This document shows positions 53,953 to 64,000 of a DNA stretch of 64,000 nt, piece after piece (positions within the stretch are counted from its first letter, which is position 1; each line of letters begins with the position of its first letter). The stretch covers positions 303,738,001 to 303,802,000 of the forward strand of contig OZ024740.1 in the NCBI GenBank assembly GCA_964016885.1. The letters are read 5' to 3'. The stretch is from Eledone cirrhosa (Eukaryota). A program made the translations under genes and the position numbers. Under the pieces are notes generated by a model. That model had not been told where the DNA came from. It ran no database searches and was given only the letters and a program-made list of their open reading frames with translations.

Positions 53953-54689
53953 TGTTATACTTTGGGAGGGTCATGTTGCCAATATCGGTTTCAACACACG
54001 ATTTCAGATAAAGAATCTTGCTAAACAAATTCAGAAACGAAATATATATATATAAATATCAGATTAAAAGATTAAAGTTTAAGCAAAGAATCGCTGCTTT
54101 CACTCTTAACGGGATCTTCTGAAATTAAAAAAATCAATCTGCGGACGCAGAAGTAAATATTTTGAAAAACGTTGCAACCGAAGGAAAACAGGAAGTCGAT
54201 ACTTTGGTTCGTAAAGACGTTCCCTGGCAATGAACGGAAAAGGCGAGGTTAATTACGCCGTTATGTGGAGCGGTGAGAAAAATTTCACGCAGGCAAAAAA
54301 ACAAACCCACGTTTATGATATAAATAGTCATTAGACTATTTAGAATAATCGAATGATTCTCAGTTCCGGAGTTTAAGAATATTTGTTTCTACTTTTGGCA
54401 CAAGGCCAACAATTACCCAGTACATTACTGGTACTTTATTTTATCGACCCCATAAGGATGAAAGGCAAAGTTAACATCGGCGGGATTTGAACTCAGATCA
54501 CAAAGGGCCGTAACTCTTTGCTGCAAAGCATGGCGTCCGACCCTCTACCGATACTACCAATCCAAATTAGTTGAACGAAAATGACAGATTATTAAAATCG
54601 CAAAGTAAGTAATAATAGTTAAGGTATAGGCCAGTAATACACACACACATACATACATACATACATACATACATACATACATACATACA

Positions 54690-54748
<59 letters not shown>

Positions 54749-54757
<9 letters not shown>

Positions 54758-55565
54758 GAAACACACAGATACATGCGGACACACACATATATACATGAAT
54801 GCATCCGCACCCAACTGTGAGTTAAGGGTGCCAACTTCACCGATGTTGCTCAATGAATGACCGGGACAGACCAATTCAGTTTGAACCAGACTGAACCAGT
54901 ATCAGAGTTAAAAATACATTATGAAGAGAGAAGAAACATTTAGATATAATTAGTAATAAAATGTATCATACCTAAACTGTTCCTAAGTTCCTCGACTACG
55001 TAGTTTCGTGGCATAAACAAAAACAATATATCAAAGATATAGAGTCCTTGCGAGGTCTGCCGACTTATCAAGAGGATACCTCATTTTACTAGTCTCAAGA
55101 ACGCGTCTACACGACGTGAGAAAGAATCCCAAAAGGCGGAGGGGGAGATAGTCACGCGATATAACGGTCGAGAAACAGAGCTAAGCCTCTTATAACCACG
55201 AAGAAAATACCACGGAGGCGGAGGGGGTATTCATATCGAGGCCGTAGAAGAGGTAGTGAAGAAGGCGAGAAGTATGAGTAATGGAAGCTTTCCAGTTGTC
55301 CCCACACTTCAAAGATTGCTCGACCAGAGGGAGTTATTAATATATTTAGAAACACACAGATACATGCGGACACACACATATATACATGAATGCATCCGCA
55401 CCCAACTGTGAGTTAAGGGTGCCAACTTCACCGATGTTGCTCAATGAATGACCGGGACAGACCAATTCAGTTTGAACCAGACTGAACCAGTATCAGAGTT
55501 AAAAATACATTATGAAGAGAGAAGAAACATTTAGATATAATTAGTAATAAAATGTATCATACCTA
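54749..55565. repeat. 226-bp direct repeat (54749-54974 and 55340-55565) enclosing a 365-bp insert
   Basis: No difference seen between the two copies by eye. Confidence 0.92.
54989..55076 (-). ncRNA. Type I hammerhead with U3-A8 core variant
   Basis: Minus strand: tcctc-TTGATAA-gtcggc...gccac-GAAACTACGTAGTC-gagga. Confidence 0.75.
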
Positions 55566-55579
55566 TATATATATATATA

Positions 55580-57084
55580 TGCCTCTCTAGTAACATTGTC
55601 TACAAATGTAAGGTTGAAACACCCACGTCCCGTAGGGCCTACATAGGGTTAACCGCCAATGGATTCAAGCAGCGTCTTTACATGCATACCCATTCTTTTC
55701 GTTACCCTCTAAGAAGGTATATGACGTCACTTTCAGCTTATATCTGGAGTCTAAAAGACAAACACACCCAACATAAGTTACACTGGGAGATCCTAGCTGG
55801 GGCTAGATCGTATAACGGAAATAAAAGACCATGTGACCTCTGCGCCGCTGAGGCCCTGGAAATACTCTACGCCGCAGACCACATCTTAAACAAAAAATCT
55901 GAGGCAATTTCGGCTTGTAAACATAAATTGCACAAAACTTTCCTGTATTACAGCCCCACCTTATACCCTAACGGATAGTACGATCTATACGTGGATATTT
56001 TACGTCTTGATGTGGTAGCTAAGTATATGTTTTGTTTATACCATTACTTATTTGCATAGGTAAGTATATATTACCTGTGTGTTTTGTGAAGGTACGTATA
56101 CCTTCTTGTACGTATATATGATTGTATATGTTATGGCGTATAATTTTATATATTCTGTTACATATGGTTTGGTTATGTGTATACGGGAGTTTTGCGTATG
56201 TGTGAGTATGCAGGTTCGTACGTATGTAGGGTGTGTGTATATGTGTACTTCATGTTTTGGTTGACTTACGTCTCCGAACATTTGTGTATTTACATGTAGG
56301 TATGTGCGTGCGCTTGTTATATACGTATTTATTTATTTATATACGTTTATTTAATTATTTATTTATTTGTATACACGCATACACACACACACATATTTAT
56401 ATGTGCGTGGTTTTGTATACCTATGGTAAGTGTTTTCGCGTATGCTTGTGTGTGTACGTATTTGTATGCGTGTATGTATTTATTTAATTTCTATTACCTC
56501 TGTATTGTATTTATTTACTTTGTTCTTAACTCTGAAGCGGAGATTCATTTGGTCTCCTAGTTAGAATTTTAGTCTACGACTTCTGCTATGCCATTCACGT
56601 GGTTTTGTCTTTGCGTGCAATTGTTCTCTACGCTCCACATATGACTGACGTATTATCTTCGTTTTTTTTTTTCGTTCATTGCCAGAGAACGTCTCTATGA
56701 ACCACCTAAGAGAACATTAGTCTACGACCTCTTTTATACCATAAACGTGGTTCTGTCTTTGCGCGTAATTGTTTTTCACCGCTCCTATTAATGACGTATT
56801 ATATTCGTTTTTTCCCGTTCTTTGCCAGGGAACGTTTCCACGAACCAAAGTATCGTCTTCCTGTTTTCCTCCGGTTGCAACGTTTTTTTGAAATATCCAC
56901 TTCTGCGTTTACAGATTGACTTTGTTAGTTTCAGAAGATCCCGTTAAGGGTGAAAGCAGCGATTCTTTGCTTAAACTTTAATCTGTTATTTTAATAAATA
57001 TTTGCTCTATGGTTCTTATATATTTGATATATATTTATCCTTATCGAGCCCTCTTTGGATTTTACTCTTCAAATTTATTATTAT

Positions 57085-57088
<4 letters not shown>
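55580..57088 (+). mobile_element. Penelope-like 3' portion: GIY-YIG endonuclease (55580-55978) plus probable long 3' UTR; UTR homologs at 33100-33412, 54076-54382(-), 34215-34260 and 47275-47352(-)
   Basis: CLSSNIVYKC...AYIGLT..FKQR..H...CDLC..E...LNKKSE..SACKH; ends in ttattattattac(TA)n. Confidence 0.8.
56927..56977 (+). ncRNA. Hammerhead-like fold with CAGAAGA core; homologs at 54076-54126(-) and 33360-33410
   Basis: agttt-CAGAAGA-tcccgttaagggt-GAAAgcagcgattctttgCTT-aaact. Confidence 0.6.
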
Positions 57089-57130
<42 letters not shown>

Positions 57131-57737
57131 CGGCGTAATTATCCTCGCTTTTTTCCGTTCATTGCCATCATGGTCGTAATCCAAATACAGAAAAAAGTAG
57201 TGTATGTGTGTGTGTGTGTGTAGAAGAGGGAGTTCAAACTCAAGGACACAAAAGGGCCATTACGTCCTGGAGGAGAGGTACAGTGGGCCAAACGTGGTGG
57301 TGGATGATGATTTTCTTCACCAGTTATAATCATTTCTACTATAGGCACAAGGCGTGAAATTTGGGTTCTAGGGTCCAGTCGATTACATCGATCCCAGTAC
57401 ACAACTAGTACTTAATTTATCGACCCTAAAAGGATGAAAGGCAAACTTGAGTTCGGTGGAATTTGAACTCAGAATGTAAAAACGGAAGAAGTACTACTAA
57501 GCATTTCGCCAGATGTACTAACGATTCCACCAGCTCGCCACCTTATTTTCACCAGTTATAATGCAATCTGAAATATTGATTATACCACAGGCCATAGAAA
57601 AATAGTTCGCGGGCCGCATGCTTGAGCCCCCTGTTGGAGATAGATAGATGTGTACCAAACACACACACACACACACACATCTCTTACTCTCTCTGTCTCT
57701 CCCTCTTTCTCTCTTCATTTATATATATCTATTTACT

Positions 57738-58037
57738 GAAAGGTGGGTGAATGAAGCGAAAATGGCCCGAGTGATTGGGCCTTCTCTGTTTATAAGCCTG
57801 TAGGTTGAGGAAGAGAGCAAAAGGAAGAAAGGAGCACTTGCACAACACGCTCCTTGAGTTGAGGGTTGTTCTATCGACGGGGTATTAAACAACCCATTTG
57901 TGGCGCCTCCCCCCTATTGGGGATTTCGATTGTTGAAATTGTTTGTTTTTATATTTTTTACACGACTGTATGTAAAATCCCCGGCATGTCTTTGTATTGT
58001 CCCCTTTCTTGTTGCGCCCTTGTGGCTAATAAAGAAA
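57738..58037 (+). mobile_element. Tx1 3' fragment related to the 23077-28777 element
   Basis: gaaaggtgggtgaa...aatggcccgagtga..gggccttctct...agcctgtagg shared with 28471-28537. Confidence 0.85.
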
Positions 58038-58046
58038 TCTATCTAT

Positions 58047-58312
58047 CTAAGGCAGGTAAAATTCCCGAGATCCATGGACGAGTTCTCTCCAGCGGTCTCT
58101 GTCCCTCATTATCGCTGCCATGTCCTGCATCTCCAACAGACCAGTGTCTGTCCTTAGGGCATCAACATACGTTAACCTTGGTCTTCCTCTTCTAGTGTGT
58201 CCATGTAGGGGCTCCCAAAGGAGTACTGAGTGCAATGTCAACTCTGGATGTCGGTGAGCATGTCCAGCCAACCTCAGTCTCCTCTGTGTCACTTTTGAGC
58301 TGACTTTTGAGC
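58047..58312 (-). mobile_element. RTE-type LINE 3' fragment
   Basis: [12 protein letters not shown]...[18 protein letters not shown]...MRDRDRWR. Confidence 0.85.
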
Positions 58313-58316
58313 TGAC

Positions 58317-58319
<3 letters not shown>

Positions 58320-58410
<91 letters not shown>

Positions 58411-58682
58411 GTATATATACATATATATATACATATATATGTATATATACATATATATATACATATATATGTATATATACATATATATATACATATATAT
58501 GTATATATACATATATATATACATATATATGTATATATACATATATATATATACATATATATGTATATATACATATATATATGTATATATACATATATAT
58601 ATACATATATATGTATATATACATATATATATACATATATATGTATATATACATATATATATACATATATATGTATATATAC

Positions 58683-58726
<44 letters not shown>

Positions 58727-58868
58727 GTATATATATATACACACATACACATACATACATATATGTATATATATACATATATATATATACACATACATAC
58801 ATATATGTATATATATACATATATATATATATACACATACATACATATATGTATATATATACATATAC
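58320..58868. repeat. Compound (TA)n/(TATATAC) microsatellite
   Basis: Seen directly. Confidence 0.99.
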
Positions 58869-60570
58869 CAATTTGTTTATTGGCTACGTCGAAGCCCAGA
58901 TCTTTTCCCAGTACACTGGACCGACTCCTGAGCTATACGGTCGTTATATCGACGACTGTATCGGCGCCACCTCTCTATCACGAGAACAGCTCGACTATTT
59001 TCTATCTTTTGTCCTATCTTTCTACCCTGCTCTCAATTTCACCGCCTCGGTCTCCGATTCTTCTGTCGCTTTTCTAGATATCTCTCTATCTATTAATCAC
59101 TCTTACCACACCCTCTCTACTTCCATCTTCATTAAACCAACAGACTCCCAATCTTACCTCGACTTCACCTCCTCCCATCCAACCCACACCAAACACTCCA
59201 TACCCTATTCACAATTCCTCCGTCTTTGTCGACTCTGTAGCCTGGACGACGATTTCGAAACCCATTCCCTTCGCATGGCTTCCTGCTTCCTCCAGCGTGG
59301 ATATCCCCCGACCCTGATCCAAGCTGCTCTCACCCGCGCCCGTGAAACAGACCGCACCACAGCCCTCTCACCTACCCCCACCCTCCCAACACTCGTTTTC
59401 CTTTCCCTCTCACCTACCACCCTATCACCCTATCACCTCGGCGACATATCCTCCGTTCCTTCCGTATCCTCTCTGCTGACCACGTCACTTCTCTCTTTTT
59501 TCTAAACTCACCCATTACTGCTTTTAAGCGCGCCCGCAACCGCCGCGACCTCTTGGTTCGCAGTTCCTTTTCGTCATCTCTCACGACTCCACCCCGCTCT
59601 TATCCTTGTTCCCGTTCCCGTTGCAACATTCGTCCCTTTATTTCCACCCTCACCACTCTTACAGGTCCTAACGAGTCTTTCCGTATCCGCCATTCCATCA
59701 CCTGCATATCTACCCACGTTGTCTATGCCCTCCGGTGTTCTCTTTGCGGGTCTTTATATATCGGACAAATGGGACGCCGTATGGCGGACCGTTTTGCCGA
59801 ACATTTGAGGCACATACGACTCGGTTTGGATACTCCTGCTGCCCGTCATTTCTGTTCTCTTGGTCATTCTTCCCTACATGTTTCAGTCAAGGGTGTCCTT
59901 TTATCATGGATCACAGGTCTCGCGCACCAGGACTGAACACAGTCTGATTCACTGCCTTGAGACCTATTCCCCTCTAGGACTCAACTCACCTCCCCAATTT
60001 TTCTAATACCCTCTCCTTTATCACACCCCTAGATTCCTATCGCTTTCTCTTGATCATTAGCAGCTTCTCTTACAACTAATACATCCCGACTATATATGCT
60101 CACTCCACTTTTCCCTTCACTACTCTGTATACACACATACACACCCTTATATTAACATACTTTTGCTCATAGCTTCGTACTTACATGCACACACACTCTT
60201 TTACTCATATATATACACACACATTTCTTCTTAGCTTCGTACGGACGTATAACACACACACAAACACAAACAAACATATGCTTACGCACGTGCTCAAGTA
60301 TAGCTCTTTTTACAAAACGGTTTTTTTTTCCATTTCAGGTAGACGCGCTCCATCATTCACTTTTCTAAAAAATAAATCATGCACAAAACGCCAGCACCAA
60401 CTGTTTAGCAAGAGATGTCAACATGAATGGACCTATTATTTTTATCTAAAGACATTTTTTCCAATTCCACCCCACCCCACTCAATCTATCTTATTTCTCA
60501 TTCTTTCTTCTGATGAAGGACTAGCGTCCGAAACGTTAAGACCCTCTTCCTGCTGTATCAAGCGTTAACC
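58868..60570 (+). mobile_element. Penelope-like element (Neptune-like), 5'-truncated: RT, Cys linker and GIY-YIG
   Basis: RYIDD, AFLD, KPTD..SYL...[45 protein letters not shown]. Confidence 0.92.
60506..60541 (+). ncRNA. Minimal type I hammerhead in PLE 3' region
   Basis: tctt-CTGATGA-aggactagcgtcc-GAAACGTT-aaga; ACGT palindrome. Confidence 0.85.
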
Positions 60571-60620
60571 TAATATATCCCTTCCATATACTGTACACTT
60601 GTGTTGTTATTTCTGTTTAC

Positions 60621-60675
<55 letters not shown>

Positions 60676-60802
60676 ATCTGAGTTTTTCGAATATTAATAA
60701 TAACATTCGATTCGTTTGCAATTTTGCAAACAAGCCTCAATTTTATAGCCATGTAAGGAGAATGAACACTTCATTCTTGCTCTTATGTTGGCATGCGAAC
60801 AG

Positions 60803-60850
60803 AACTGCAGACACTACTGTTTCAGAGTATCACCCTTCATCAGTACAGCT
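60803..60850 (-). ncRNA. Type I hammerhead (same family as 17185-17232)
   Basis: Minus strand: agctgta-CTGATGA-agggt gat actct-GAAAC agtagt GTC-tgcagtt. Confidence 0.88.
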
Positions 60851-61193
60851 TACTGTTCACCTACCAAACTGTCAGAGCTAGTGAAAATATATGCTATTTT
60901 CAAAAATACACAGTGACTGATCGGCCTGATTTGCATATTAGCAGACTGGCTTATCAGTCAGATCTGCATATTAGCAGATCCACTGATCAGCCAGATTTGC
61001 ATATCAGCAGACTGGCCAGTCAGTTTCCTGTATACGACCGATAAATGGCCGGCTTTGCCAAATTCAAATAAAAAAGAAAATTTCGCTCTACATGGCTGAA
61101 TACAATAAATGTAATCTGAGTTTTTCGAATATTAATAATAACATTCGATTCGTTTGCAATGGAAGGAATCTTTGAGGACTCTGTCCCCACAGC

Positions 61194-61307
61194 AAGAAGA
61201 AGAAGAAGAAGAAGAAGAAGAAGAAGAAGAAGAAGAAGAAGAAGAAGAAGAAGAAGAAGAAGAAGAAGAAGAAGAAGAAGAAGAAGAAGAAGAAGAAGAA
61301 GAAGAAG
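61194..61307. repeat. (GAA)n microsatellite
   Basis: Seen directly. Confidence 0.99.
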
Positions 61308-61409
61308 GAGGAGGCGGAGGTTTTATAATGGTTATTTTTCTGCTGTCCTGCATCTATTAGTGTTTAAAACAACCAAATGACATTTGTTACATATAGTAAT
61401 CGCAATCTG

Positions 61410-61815
61410 TGGACACAGCCAGGCTGAATGCTTAAGAAATTTCCTTCGTAATCATTAGGTCCTGGTCTCGATCATAGTGCGTGGAATCTTGGGCAAGAGT
61501 CAGTTACTATAACTTCGGATCGACTCATGTCTTATGAGTGAAATTGGGTAGACAGAAACTGTTGGATGGACTGTACTTGTAATTCAAATTGCCACACACT
61601 GTCTTACGCTGAATCTCCCTAAGGGTACACGGGTATTTGAAATAATCTGCTACTTACACGTTAATTTGCCACACACTGACGCTGAATCTCCCTGAGAGTT
61701 ATATTAAGTTTACATATGTCTTTGAAATGCTCGGCCAATTACACGTTAATTTCATGAGCAGGCTCCTCCGTTTATCGAACAACTGAAAGATATTCATCGT
61801 CGAAACCAACGAAGT
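61410..61815 (+). mobile_element. Second SINE-like family; reversed homolog at about 6990-7200
   Basis: Shared ttaatttcatgagcaggc...catcgtcgaaacc segment and a tRNA-like head. Confidence 0.6.
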
Positions 61816-62866
61816 TCCATTCCAATAGAAACCTAACTGTCTATCATGAAGATATGTTTGACATGTCTGACTTGTGTCAAGTATGGCGCCTTTTCTGACC
61901 CCATTCTTAAATTCTTTAGAAGATCCATTTGTTGTCAGACGAGTTACTTAATTATTTTGAGCTTACGTGATGGAAGGTATCCATCAATGGGTTATTAACT
62001 TTATTGCCTTATATATGAGAACAACTGAATCTATTGTCTCATCTAACGCGCTCTTATGAGAAATTTAAGACAAACTGCATTAGAATGAACACTCGTCGAT
62101 TTTGTAGTGTTCGTACTACTGTAGCTGCCGATTGCAGCCTAAATCACAGTTACCCCGTGTTACCTACATACAGTTACAGTTAAATTGACTTCACCACTTA
62201 AATGTTACGTATCTTAGGATTGAAAACTATTAAACCCCGAGGGCAATAACAATATACAAACCTATTTAATTTTCCTCCTTCATATCATATTTGATATGTT
62301 CCATCCATACGGTGTGATAAATGACTTTTTGAGATAATAAATAGTTTATTAATTCAACAAAAATATACATTTCCCACCCCTCCACCTTACAGACACACAT
62401 ACTCAAGCATACACATCTTCAAATCCACGTTTCTGTTTTGAGATGTATAATTTGATTGAGTGATAGTTCACATGCCTTCAAAATGAATCGTCACATGATT
62501 TCTTAGATAAATTGTTGTGCATGTTTATCTCCATGTCGGTCTGGATCGATCGGATCTATGATTAAAAAGCATTTCAGTTGTGACCATTCATATTTTGCTT
62601 AGGTCATATAGTACATAGGACTATATTGTCCTTCCGTTAAGATAGTTGGGAATAATTTGGGGGGAGATTTTATTGCTATTTTTAGCAAGTCTGTCGACTA
62701 CATAGAGGCTTTTTTATTGACTTGATTACTTGAGTTTCAATGTGTAAACTTACAGAAGTATTTGACCAATGATAAAAGACGCCATCATTAATGATAACAA
62801 CTAAATGAAACCAGACTAATACTTTTGACAGTGTAGGAGACAAAAAATAGACAGTTTTCTACTTAC

Positions 62867-62896
62867 TGTCGTTGTCTGGGCTGTCGACCACATTAT
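62867..62896 (-). CDS. 30-nt micro-exon (most 5' exon found) of SEA-domain/mucin-stalk gene, (D)NVVDSPDND
   Basis: On the minus strand it is flanked by ttctttcag (acceptor) and gtaagt (donor). It is phase 1-1 and joins the 29435 exon in frame (A|AT=N). Confidence 0.65.
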
Positions 62897-64000
62897 CTGA
62901 AAGAAATAAACGAAAAGATTTTAAAATGTATTCTCGGGACCCAAATAATAGGGAGTTCTAGGTTGTCTCCCTTGATATTTTTTGAAAACCAGAATTAGTC
63001 GTTAGAGACCCCAACCCATCCTATTCATTTTATAACATACGGGATTTCTTGGAATTGTTCTTTTTTGTCATGTATAATGTTTTTTGAATGTCTAAAGAAA
63101 ATGAATTGTCACAAGGAATGTTACCACTTAAAATACAATTTTGCCGGAGATAGATTAGCAAAATTTAATAAGCGGGGGGGGGGGGGTGAAATAAGAGCAG
63201 AAGGGTTGGGAAAAAATCTGAAAAATGAATAAGCTGGGTGGGGAAGATTATTCGAGATCCCAGAGTAATTACTGCTTATTATTGGCAGTATCGGTAGAGG
63301 GCCGGACGCCAGGCTTTGAAGCATAGAGTTACCTCCCTTTATGATCTGAGTTCAAATCCCGCCGAGGTTAACTTTGCCTTTCATCCTTACGGGGTCGATA
63401 AAATAAAATATCAGTAATACACTGGGATAATTGCTGGCCTTGTGCCAAAAGTAGAAACAATTATATTAGTAATGCACTGGGGTCGATTTAATCGATTTCC
63501 CCCTCCCCAAAATTGCTGGCCTTGTGCCTAAAGTAGAAACAGTTATGATATTAGTTGTATTCACAGGTCGCTGTTGTTGTTTACTGTTATACATGATGAG
63601 GTCAACCTCATTTTTTTGTTTCTTCTTTTCATTCGGACATTCAATATGTTTTTCTTTTTTCAAGACAGTGAAGTATATGAGAGAAATTTGACTGTTAGAA
63701 CTAGAAGGTCGAATCAACCCGTTGGTTCTCTCAAGTTGGCTTGTGTATTCAAAGATTGTATGGTATGGACCCGTAACTCCTGCGGGGGGAGTTGTAGTGG
63801 AGGGCCATATTGACATACAGCATTTCTAGGGCATTTTTAAACCTCCTCTCCAGGTCTGAAAAGAGCAGATTTCTTCCAGAGAAGGATAGAGGGTGAGAGA
63901 GAGAAAGTGAGAGAAAGAGAATAAGATGAAGTATCGACCCCAGTACTTGACTGGTACTTTCTTATATCGATCTACAACGGATGAAAGGCAAAGTTGACCT

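Noticed and set aside
56525-56565. CTGAAG..hairpin resembling a hammerhead
   Set aside because: No GAAA; homologous positions in other family copies lack the core.
63690-63816. Possible Gypsy RT sliver (GLIRPSSSNS) on the minus strand
   Set aside because: Too short and diverged to support.

Overview
Repeat-dominated eukaryotic DNA, inferred to be cephalopod (octopus-like) from its tRNA-derived SINE family and microsatellite load. The only host gene I can support is on the minus strand. Five phase-compatible exons (62896-62867, 29435-29326, 14487-14426, 7726-7512, 6310-5468) encode a SEA domain with an EFSPGS-ISV cleavage-type motif followed by a Ser/Thr-rich mucin-like stalk; both gene ends were not found. 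Its introns and flank contain two CsRn1-type Gypsy elements (one with both LTRs), a full-length Tx1/L1-clade LINE with a 15-bp TSD, an R4/Dong-type LINE inside (CATA)n, several Penelope-like (PLE) remnants, CRE and RTE fragments, a mariner relic, MITEs, Helitron-like ends and satellites. The most striking unannotated signal is about 14 type I hammerhead ribozyme folds read by eye on both strands. They include two non-canonical core variants, a head-to-head pair and a ~440-bp retrozyme-like family. All calls are by eye, with no searches run.
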